Virus record (IMG/VR): IMGVR_UViG_3300029985_000074
Location: 1 to 42,886 of that record
Reading direction: 5' to 3' (one strand)
DNA length: 42,886 nucleotides
Source: a virus
Lineage: Duplodnaviria > Caudoviricetes
Shown: positions 17,687 to 25,684 of the stretch, piece after piece
Layout of the letters: the number at the start of each line of letters is the position of its first letter
Numbering within the stretch: the stretch's first letter is position 1
Position numbers and translations under genes: made by a program
Notes under the pieces: generated by a model
Told to the model about the DNA's origin: nothing
Database searches by the model: none
Seen by the model: only the letters and a program-made list of their open reading frames with translations

Positions 17687-19399
17687 TTACTGATTAATAA
17701 TGTTTCTTAGTTTATATTCTTTTATATTTTGTGATGTTAATTTATCAAATTTATCTTGAATATATTTATTATTAATTTTTTGTTCTGGACTAGAATGTTT
17801 TAGTAATTTTTTAATTAGTGCTTTAATACTGCTCTCATCAACTCCACGCTTCAATGCTGACGAAGCAGCCATTGCCCAATGAGGATACTTTTCTTTCCAC
17901 CCTACTTGTGATTTAATTGCATTTCCCAACGGAGTAGGACTGGTAGCTGTAGGAGTTGCTGCGGCGGTTGAGGGAGTTGGGGTTGGTTTCTTATTTGGAG
18001 CAAGTGCCTTCTGAACATATAAATCAGTTGCCTTATCATTTCCAATAACACTTACCACTCCTTTAATTGTGTTGGTTGCTTTTTCATTTGACCATCCCAA
18101 TGTAGTCAGTGCCTTGACGGCATCTGCAATGTTAGGATTTTCAGACCCAGAAATGTCCCCATTAAATATTTTTTTAGCATCCTCACTTTTCAAGTATTCC
18201 GCCTTAAATCCGGTGGATTTAAGTTTCTCAATAAAGTCGGTAAAACTTAAGCCGGTGTTTATAAAGTCGGCAGAGGTAGACTCTTCTCCTCCAAGAACGA
18301 TTGACTCTATAATTGCTGGATTAATAGTATGTAATTCTCCATCAATCCCGGTGTATTTAATATTTCCCTTACTATCAAGTTTAAAATTAACATCTGATGG
18401 ATTAACTTTATGTCCTTTAAATTCTTTCCACTTTTGCTGTATCACGTGATACAGTGCAGATATTAATTTTGGACTCTTGGCTTCCAATCTTTTATCTTTC
18501 AATATTTTATCAATTATTTTACTATATCGATTTGCTTGATGTAGCAATAGTCCTATAGTCGGAGGATTTGACGCATCGAACGATGGGCTTTTCGGATTTA
18601 ATTGGTCATCATAAAATTTGAAAAGTATTATTTCACTGCGTGTTTTATTTTCTGGTTGATTGCCCTCTGTTTCGGATATGGGAGATGTTGGAGCCGCTTT
18701 AAATCCTTGAAATTTATCGGGCGATGTTCCAAATTTAATATTTTTATCATTTTGCTTTATATAGTCTTCATTTGATACGTCCTCATATTCAACTAAAATT
18801 TTATTTTCGTGGTTGTTATTTGCCCATTTAACACTTATTCTTTTAATTTTTCCATTGGACATTTTTAACGTTTTAGATTCTGCCTCTTTAGTAAAACTTA
18901 TCCCGAATTTAACTGATTTTCTATATTGTCCACGGAACCAATTTAACCAGCCACCGGCTTTATCTTCGGTATCGGCAACGTAAAGTTTAGTGGTTGATTT
19001 TCCATCGGAAGTTTCCATGTCATCAATATCCACTTTTTCGGTTATTGATGTCTTATTACCGGTCATTGATGCTCTGTAGTTTTTATCAATATCTATAGAT
19101 GGAGTTGGTTTCGGCTGGTTTGGTTCCGTTGGCGTTTCATCTATATCATGGTTAACTTTTAAATCTTTATTTATTTTATCAACCAATATATCACATACGG
19201 TCTCAACAATCTTAACAAAATCATTTTCTTGAGGGGTTAGTCCCGATGTATTTAGTTGTGTGGGAGCCGCTGCTGGACTGCCTCTAAACTTGTTAATAAA
19301 ATTGGAACCCGCAGTTTTTATCTTTTTAAGATAATCCATTCCCGACTCATTTATATACGGGGAACCTTTTAAATTATCTAAATATTGATTGTCTGACAT
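17687..19399 (-). CDS. Hypothetical multidomain protein with RuvA-C-terminal-like helical bundle; probable head protein
   Basis: Leader ending YINE; IDE/ITE/ISE/IKE sites; DAVKALTTLGWSNEKA...I......T..YVQKAL; P/T/A linker. Confidence 0.55.
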   Translation of the reverse strand: MSDNQYLDNLKGSPYINESGMDYLKKIKTAGSNFINKFRGSPAAAPTQLNTSGLTPQENDFVKIVETVCDILVDKINKDLKVNHDIDETPTEPNQPKPTPSIDIDKNYRASMTGNKTSITEKVDIDDMETSDGKSTTKLYVADTEDKAGGWLNWFRGQYRKSVKFGISFTKEAESKTLKMSNGKIKRISVKWANNNHENKILVEYEDVSNEDYIKQNDKNIKFGTSPDKFQGFKAAPTSPISETEGNQPENKTRSEIILFKFYDDQLNPKSPSFDASNPPTIGLLLHQANRYSKIIDKILKDKRLEAKSPKLISALYHVIQQKWKEFKGHKVNPSDVNFKLDSKGNIKYTGIDGELHTINPAIIESIVLGGEESTSADFINTGLSFTDFIEKLKSTGFKAEYLKSEDAKKIFNGDISGSENPNIADAVKALTTLGWSNEKATNTIKGVVSVIGNDKATDLYVQKALAPNKKPTPTPSTAAATPTATSPTPLGNAIKSQVGWKEKYPHWAMAASSALKRGVDESSIKALIKKLLKHSSPEQKINNKYIQDKFDKLTSQNIKEYKLRNIINQ

Positions 19400-19405
19400 A
19401 TACAG

Positions 19406-19413
19406 TATAAATA
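19406..19413 (-). promoter_or_regulatory. TATTTATA putative phage promoter motif
   Basis: 6 nt upstream of the ATG at 19399. Confidence 0.55.
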
Positions 19414-19422
19414 TAGTTTAAA

Positions 19423-20934
19423 TTAAGTAATATTAGGATTATTCCATGTATATTTTAACATCCCACAGTCCCATATTCTATTATAGCCATTTAGTTGCAT
19501 ATTCTCCCATTCAGTTAATGATGGGTCAAATGTTGATAATTTATCCTTCAACTTATGTTTTTGGAATTGTAATCTATTAAGTGGTATTCCTTTATTATTA
19601 TGGAAATAATGATAACTTATTGGCGTAATTGCATTTAGAGACATTCCCATCTTACTATATGATTTTCCAGTAAAATAACGTCTATCGCAATATGATACGA
19701 TAGAACGTGGAGAATATGTTCTAATGAAATATGTAAATAATTTAGATGCTCCACCAATCACCGATATTCCTATTTTAGTGCATAATCTAGATAATTCATA
19801 TTGATATTTTTTATCAAATCTCGACTTTGAGAATGTCATAACGGATACCAATTCATCATTATAATATAATCCAATTCTAATTGAGCTTTTATCATCTCCT
19901 TGAATATGATTATCAGTTATAAACTCGGATTTTACAATATTACTTATTTCTCGTATTTCGCATTTTCCGGCATATATAAATTTATTTTTATGTATTTTAC
20001 TGAGAATAATTCCCTTAACTATTTCTTTTTTATTTAACCACTCCCAATCCCATATATGTAGTAATTCTATTCCTTTTTTAGATGCTTCTTCCGTTTTAGT
20101 TATATGATAATTTTTAGGTTTTCCCGATAATTCTGAATGCCAATATATACCATCATATTCTATTCCCAATTTAAATTCTGATATTAGAATATCAATCTCA
20201 TTTCCGACCAGTATAGTTCGGTCATGATGTTTCGTGGTTATATTGTATGAATGTAAATATTCCAATATCTCATCTTCCATAGCAGATTTAAATCTATTTA
20301 AGGGAAAGCATGTTAAACAACGTGGAATATTTCCGGAATATAATATATCTTCAAATTCAGTATTGCATGTATTACATTTAAATTTATATAAGGTGTTATA
20401 TTCACTATCAATATATTCATTTTCGGAAAATAATGGAGTAACGATATTTTTTAATCTATTTCCAAAGAATAAATGTTTAATGACTTTATCTCGTATTGCT
20501 AATTTGTTTTTATCTTTAACTGCTTGAATTTGAGATACATTTGATACATTTTCACTTTCTAAAAACTCTTTATATTTTAAAGATTTGAATCCCACCTCCC
20601 CACTATTACTTCGTCGAATTATTGATTTAAGTGATTTAGGAGATACTTTACTACCGTATTTGTCAATTGTTGTTTGTATCATTTTTTCTCGATTATTATA
20701 ATTTTCGTCCCCATATTTTTCCAATTTAGTTTTTTTTCCTTTTTCTTTATTGTTATAATTTTCACTCCCATGCCGTAGTATATTCGTCTGTTTTATCTTT
20801 GATACCATATTTTCATACGAACCACTCAATCTTTTTTGTTTTATCTTTTCTTTAACAGATGGAAGTTGCGATGGATGGTCTACGCCGTATTTTTTACGGA
20901 AAGTTTCTCGTATTTTTAATCCTCGGTCGGTCAT
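19423..20934 (-). CDS. Hef-like putative homing endonuclease with C-terminal GNAT-like domain
   Basis: KYGVDHPSQ; EIDI...GIEYDGIYWH; IYAGKC...NHIQG-like...YELSRLC...YCDRRYF.G...WDCG. Confidence 0.75.
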   Translation of the reverse strand: MTDRGLKIRETFRKKYGVDHPSQLPSVKEKIKQKRLSGSYENMVSKIKQTNILRHGSENYNNKEKGKKTKLEKYGDENYNNREKMIQTTIDKYGSKVSPKSLKSIIRRSNSGEVGFKSLKYKEFLESENVSNVSQIQAVKDKNKLAIRDKVIKHLFFGNRLKNIVTPLFSENEYIDSEYNTLYKFKCNTCNTEFEDILYSGNIPRCLTCFPLNRFKSAMEDEILEYLHSYNITTKHHDRTILVGNEIDILISEFKLGIEYDGIYWHSELSGKPKNYHITKTEEASKKGIELLHIWDWEWLNKKEIVKGIILSKIHKNKFIYAGKCEIREISNIVKSEFITDNHIQGDDKSSIRIGLYYNDELVSVMTFSKSRFDKKYQYELSRLCTKIGISVIGGASKLFTYFIRTYSPRSIVSYCDRRYFTGKSYSKMGMSLNAITPISYHYFHNNKGIPLNRLQFQKHKLKDKLSTFDPSLTEWENMQLNGYNRIWDCGMLKYTWNNPNIT

Positions 20935-21008
20935 ATAATACTCCAGATGTTATTGTTCATACTCATAAATATATCACTAAAGTAGAAACATACAACTTAT
21001 TTTAAAAT

Positions 21009-21043
21009 AAAAATAAACCCCTCGATTTGAGGGGTTTATTTTT
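21009..21043. terminator. Bidirectional-type intrinsic terminator after the tail sheath gene
   Basis: AAAAATAAACCCCTC-gattt-GAGGGGTTTATTTTT perfect 15-bp inverted repeat. Confidence 0.85.
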
Positions 21044-21056
21044 GAGTTTTTAATTA

Positions 21057-24000
21057 TTAGAAACTTGCACCCGTGCTCATTACTGTGAATGGCAGGTATA
21101 TATTTTCAGCAGTTCTTGTTGGTTGAATTGCAATCTGTCCAATTAAAACATTCTGGTCAATTACATCTGATGTATTATTAGTATCATCCATAATTACTTG
21201 GAATGCATATAATCCACTACGTTGCTGAACACTTTCCAAATATGGGTTCACAATGGACAAGAACTTATTACGAGTTGATGCCGTGTTTTGTTCGAACACC
21301 AAATACTTCGATATGCTTGCGATATATTTCTTAATAGCAATCAACAATCGTTGAACGTTAATTCTATTCAGTGCACTATCTTCAACTTGAAGCGTCTTTT
21401 GTCCCCACACTACGATACCCTGTCCTGGGAATGCTACAATAGGATTTACTTTTCCTTCGTATAGCGAGTCACGCTCAGATTGGGTTGCTCGGTCAGTGAC
21501 TGATACAGCCGATGGAATTCCACCACGGTTTAATCCGGCAGGGGCCCACCATTCACCAGCAATGTTGTCGTTCGCAGCATATATGGATGGCATGACAACT
21601 GACGGCGGAATTGTTACGATTTGATTGATATTAGTATCGAGGATTTTAATCCATGGATAATATGCCGCAGCATAGCTAGTGTCCAATTGAGCAGCCAATC
21701 CGATAACTTCGTCGACTTGACCAGTTGCCGGATTTCCACCATCTTCATATAAATCAGCCACATAGAAACAATCACCATTTCTAACACGTTCACACATGTC
21801 GATTACCAAGCTGGTTACATAAGAATGTAAGGAATAGATTACTCCCGGAGTTGAAATCAAATTGATATCAAATTGGTCGGCATTTCCAAGTGCGCCAATA
21901 CATTGACTGTAGGCAACAGAACCAGCCGTGGTGCTATTTGCACAGTTTAATCCTTGAGTGTTTCCAGCAACAATGGCGTCTCCCACATTAACTGGAATAG
22001 CCGGTGATTGTCCATCAAATCCACCTTGAAAACCAAATACGAAATTTCTCATTTTTACATATGTAGTTTCATTTACAGCGTCATAAGTAGAAGGAACTGC
22101 ATTGCTTCCACTTATATAAGAGCCGGATGATACTCCGTTATTTATAGTATTGTCATCCAATGCGAATGCAATGTTTTGTCCAGCCGTAGAACCCAATGGC
22201 AACGGTGCAAAATATTGTAAGTTATCATTGTATGATACTCCGCCAACTGAAGAAGTAGGATATAATCCAACCAATTCCGAGTCGGCTCCTGTTGGAGCAC
22301 CATTGAAGTCTATTCCGGATGGATACTTACCAGGAAATAATCCATAGACGGATGCTTTTGTGTAGGCAACTGGAGCAACCCAATAACCCATAGCCCCGTC
22401 AATCGGAGTGGAAAGTGCAGTAAAACCAAACGGAACCGCATTCACTGGATAATTAACATCGGATATAATTATTCGGATATATTTACTGTTATTGGAGTAA
22501 TTTCCAAACTGAGTAACTTTTCCATTTGAGTTGATATATTCGTATTGGTCTCCGATTATTCTGCTTATGAAATTAGGAGAAGTTGGGTCTAACGTTAAGT
22601 TATTAAATTGCTCCAAAACTACAGGCTTTCTATCCGTGTCTGAGAAATTTCTAACTGTCAAATTAAACGTTCCCCAGTCACTTCCCTGAACAGTTCCTGC
22701 CAATTTAACATTTGAAATTTGAATCTTATAAGACGTATTGGCATACGTCCCGTCCGACAACGTAGCAACTTGAAACAAATTAAAACGGGTCGGAGTTCCG
22801 TTGTTCCACGGCGAAATCTTCTGTGAAACCACCCAAGGAGTATAAGCATTTGTCAATGCAAATTGGGAGTCTCCAGTCGTCGGAGCAAGTGAATATGCGT
22901 CAACAAAACTTAACGGTTCGTTTAAAAACGAGCCAGACGGAATTGCATTTATGCTAACTTTCCAATTTGTTGGATTTGCAATTACAGATGCAATACTGTC
23001 GGGATATAGATTGTAGAGATAAGCCGCTTCAATTTTAGTTCCAGCCGCATAAGTAGCCGGATTTCCTGCGGTTGGGTCATTTCCAAATACACTTGTAATG
23101 TAATGCGGGTCGCTTTCATCCAATGAGAAATTATAAACTCCATATCCACTTCCCAACGAAGAACTTAAGTATAAGTCAAATTCATTGATGATTTGGTTTG
23201 AACCACTTGGTCCAAACGTGCCACCAGTCAAGTCGTGATATGATGCAGAAGAACCCAAAAATCCAGGGGCTTCTAAGTTATTGTTAATTCCGCCCCATTG
23301 AGTATCGGCCAATACTGCCAACACCATCGCATTTGTTCCGTTATTGACCCACTGATTTGAGCATGTATTATATGTCAAATTTCCAGACGTAAACTTCCCA
23401 TCAAAATAGCCAAGCGAACCACTCAACCATCCATTTAATGAAAATGAACCAACTCCACAACTATTTAAACTCTGAGTAATTGATGATGATACGATATAAG
23501 GTTCTCCATCAGTAAACGTAGACGATATAAATTCTACGTTTGCTGTATTATCAGCACCGATTAATTTTCCAGTAAATTGGTTATAAGAATTGAACAATAT
23601 CTGGCTCAATACACTTGAAGTCGTTGCCGAAGCGGAAATTTGCAATACTCCCTTAAACTGAAATGATGAACTTAGAATTGTTCCGGCAATAGTCGTTCCG
23701 GCATAGACATTACTTCCACTGTTGTTAGTAATCCCAACCTGACCAGTTCCTTGTCCACTTACAAGGGTTACGCTCACTGGTTGATTTGTAAATATTACAG
23801 ACGCAGTTACTGCGCTTGCAGTTCCAACCGGAGAAACGGTTAGGGATGACAAATTTATAGTGGATGGAACAACTCCATTGGGAATTATAACATTGGAAAC
23901 AGTTGACAACACTCCAATATCACCAGCACGTTCCCAGACTCCTTGTTCTGCCCATATAACCAGAGGATATTTCTGATGATATCCAGTTAAAGCACCAACA

Positions 24001-24254
24001 CGGCACACCGTCACAAACCCCTTTTCTTGGAGATATTGGGCGGCGGCATAAGGACCATAATACGTTCCATCTGGAATTCCAAAATTGGTCTGTAAGTCAT
24101 TTAAACTCGTGCAAATTGTTGGTGAAAATCCAGGACCTTTAGGAAATGGAGCAACTACTACTGCCCCGATGTCGGCTACTCCTTGAGCAACTCCGCTCTG
24201 GTCGATTTGCTGGGTGAAAACCCCCGGACTCATGAAATTTGGTAAATTTGACAT
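21057..24254 (-). CDS. Contractile tail sheath protein (T4 gp18-like)
   Basis: SPGVFTQQID.S; KGP..P; FG; C-terminal YYPW...PPS...WWAPAGLNRGGI...RD.LY..KVNPI..FPGQG.VVWGQKTL...SAL.RINV.RLL...LVFEQN...PTRTAE.I. Confidence 0.95.
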   Translation of the reverse strand: MSNLPNFMSPGVFTQQIDQSGVAQGVADIGAVVVAPFPKGPGFSPTICTSLNDLQTNFGIPDGTYYGPYAAAQYLQEKGFVTVCRVGALTGYHQKYPLVIWAEQGVWERAGDIGVLSTVSNVIIPNGVVPSTINLSSLTVSPVGTASAVTASVIFTNQPVSVTLVSGQGTGQVGITNNSGSNVYAGTTIAGTILSSSFQFKGVLQISASATTSSVLSQILFNSYNQFTGKLIGADNTANVEFISSTFTDGEPYIVSSSITQSLNSCGVGSFSLNGWLSGSLGYFDGKFTSGNLTYNTCSNQWVNNGTNAMVLAVLADTQWGGINNNLEAPGFLGSSASYHDLTGGTFGPSGSNQIINEFDLYLSSSLGSGYGVYNFSLDESDPHYITSVFGNDPTAGNPATYAAGTKIEAAYLYNLYPDSIASVIANPTNWKVSINAIPSGSFLNEPLSFVDAYSLAPTTGDSQFALTNAYTPWVVSQKISPWNNGTPTRFNLFQVATLSDGTYANTSYKIQISNVKLAGTVQGSDWGTFNLTVRNFSDTDRKPVVLEQFNNLTLDPTSPNFISRIIGDQYEYINSNGKVTQFGNYSNNSKYIRIIISDVNYPVNAVPFGFTALSTPIDGAMGYWVAPVAYTKASVYGLFPGKYPSGIDFNGAPTGADSELVGLYPTSSVGGVSYNDNLQYFAPLPLGSTAGQNIAFALDDNTINNGVSSGSYISGSNAVPSTYDAVNETTYVKMRNFVFGFQGGFDGQSPAIPVNVGDAIVAGNTQGLNCANSTTAGSVAYSQCIGALGNADQFDINLISTPGVIYSLHSYVTSLVIDMCERVRNGDCFYVADLYEDGGNPATGQVDEVIGLAAQLDTSYAAAYYPWIKILDTNINQIVTIPPSVVMPSIYAANDNIAGEWWAPAGLNRGGIPSAVSVTDRATQSERDSLYEGKVNPIVAFPGQGIVVWGQKTLQVEDSALNRINVQRLLIAIKKYIASISKYLVFEQNTASTRNKFLSIVNPYLESVQQRSGLYAFQVIMDDTNNTSDVIDQNVLIGQIAIQPTRTAENIYLPFTVMSTGASF

Positions 24255-24328
24255 ATATTTTTTATTTCCTTCGTGTTATTATTTTATTCGTTGTTCTATT
24301 AAATAAAATAGACATTGAAACTATTAAC

Positions 24329-24336
24329 TATAAATA
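24329..24336 (-). promoter_or_regulatory. TATTTATA putative phage promoter motif
   Basis: In the intergenic gap 74 nt upstream of the sheath ATG. Confidence 0.45.
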
Positions 24337-24375
24337 TAAGTCAAAATTTCGAAACGATAATTAAATATAAAAAAC

Positions 24376-24666
24376 TTATGTAGTTTTAGCCGTAGAAGTG
24401 AAAGTTCCGTTGGTAAGTGAGAGGTTTCCTTCACCATATGCCGACAATATCTTATCCAATACCTCTTTTTCATTTTTTTGGAGGGATGTCCATTCTTCCT
24501 TGAGAAGTTTGTCCTTGGCGATATACGCAGCAACGGCATTGTCAAGTGCCATCTTTTCAATTTGCAAGTCGCCGAGCTTAAGTCGGATAGTCTGAAATTT
24601 TACCTGCAAGTCTTTTATTTCAGTTATTTCGGTATCTTTTAGTTTTGTAACGATTGGTTCATTCAT
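24376..24666 (-). CDS. Small coiled-coil hypothetical protein
   Basis: Likely start MNEPIVTKL (24666), 5 nt after TAGTTATA; ends YGEGNLSLTNGTF. Confidence 0.65.
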   Translation of the reverse strand: MNEPIVTKLKDTEITEIKDLQVKFQTIRLKLGDLQIEKMALDNAVAAYIAKDKLLKEEWTSLQKNEKEVLDKILSAYGEGNLSLTNGTFTSTAKTT

Positions 24667-24711
24667 ATGATTATAACTATAATCGAACAATAAAATTTTA
24701 CTTATTATATT

Positions 24712-25212
24712 TTAAGAATTGAGAGTTTCTTTTAGTCTTGTCCCCAAGTCTTTGATATCGACGTAATCATAATTACCATCGGAGAAAGTCTTAAATTTCT
24801 CCCATACCTTATTAGCATCGTTACTTCTATGTAAGGTTGTTGATATCAACCCTTTAAATTTATGTTGTTGGGCATATTTTAATGCTGCCTTATATAATAG
24901 ATATCCATATCCTTGAGATTTCACATTTGAAACTATACTATCAACAAATAGATATCCCTGCCTTCTTGGGATTTTATTGTCTAAATCTTCTACGGGAACC
25001 CTATCCAACAATACAATTTGACCCATCATATGTTCATAGTCTTGGTCTTGAGTATATGCCCCACTCGTGTTTGAAAAGTCAGAAACATACATCCATATTT
25101 TAGCCCGACCCGACGATATATATTTATCATCGATTCTATAAGAAATTTTACCTTCCTTCTCTTTTTGAAAGGCTTCTTTTTCTTCGGTTAATAAATTTTT
25201 CAGTTTAATCAT
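24712..25212 (-). CDS. GNAT acetyltransferase with MIKLK leader
   Basis: MIKLKNLLTE; VKSQGYGYLLY (acetyl-CoA motif); RSNDANKVWEK. Confidence 0.75.
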   Translation of the reverse strand: MIKLKNLLTEEKEAFQKEKEGKISYRIDDKYISSGRAKIWMYVSDFSNTSGAYTQDQDYEHMMGQIVLLDRVPVEDLDNKIPRRQGYLFVDSIVSNVKSQGYGYLLYKAALKYAQQHKFKGLISTTLHRSNDANKVWEKFKTFSDGNYDYVDIKDLGTRLKETLNS

Positions 25213-25213
25213 A

Positions 25214-25300
25214 TTACTCCAACGGTCTATGTTTAAATATAAACCATAATAAAAATTTTATTCCATCAGTAAAAAATGTAATTGATTTATATAATTTCAT
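25214..25300 (-). CDS. 28-aa hydrophobic micro-ORF
   Basis: MKLYKSITFFTDGIKFLLWFIFKHRPLE; ATGA-coupled to the upstream stop and ending 1 nt before the next ATG. Confidence 0.4.
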   Translation of the reverse strand: MKLYKSITFFTDGIKFLLWFIFKHRPLE

Positions 25301-25683
25301 TTTGGCAATCGATACATGGACATATCATCAAATTCATCTCTCAAATACATCCCACTATTTTCAACAAACCCAAATTGTTTATAAAATCTAATTAATCTAC
25401 GAAGACCACTTGGATTTATACTGTCAGTTGCCGGTATTAAAGCCACCGGCATTTTTTTATTGTCGGCGAACTGGCATATCTCAGACATTATTTTTGTTCC
25501 CCAACCTTTTCCCTTGAATTGAGGCTTCATATATATGTCGGATATAAATATAGACTTGTTTTTGTCATCATAATAGAAATATAAATCCTCAACATATTGT
25601 TTATATTTAGAATGTAATTGTCGCTCGAAACTTGAAATCTCTTGTCCGGTATTTTCAATTAATATAAATTTTAATTTAATCAT
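25297..25683 (-). CDS. GNAT acetyltransferase with MIKLK leader
   Basis: MIKLKFILIE; I.M.PQFKGKGWGTKIM...AD...L...RLIRFYKQFGF. Confidence 0.82.
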   Translation of the reverse strand: MIKLKFILIENTGQEISSFERQLHSKYKQYVEDLYFYYDDKNKSIFISDIYMKPQFKGKGWGTKIMSEICQFADNKKMPVALIPATDSINPSGLRRLIRFYKQFGFVENSGMYLRDEFDDMSMYRLPK

Positions 25684-25684
25684 A

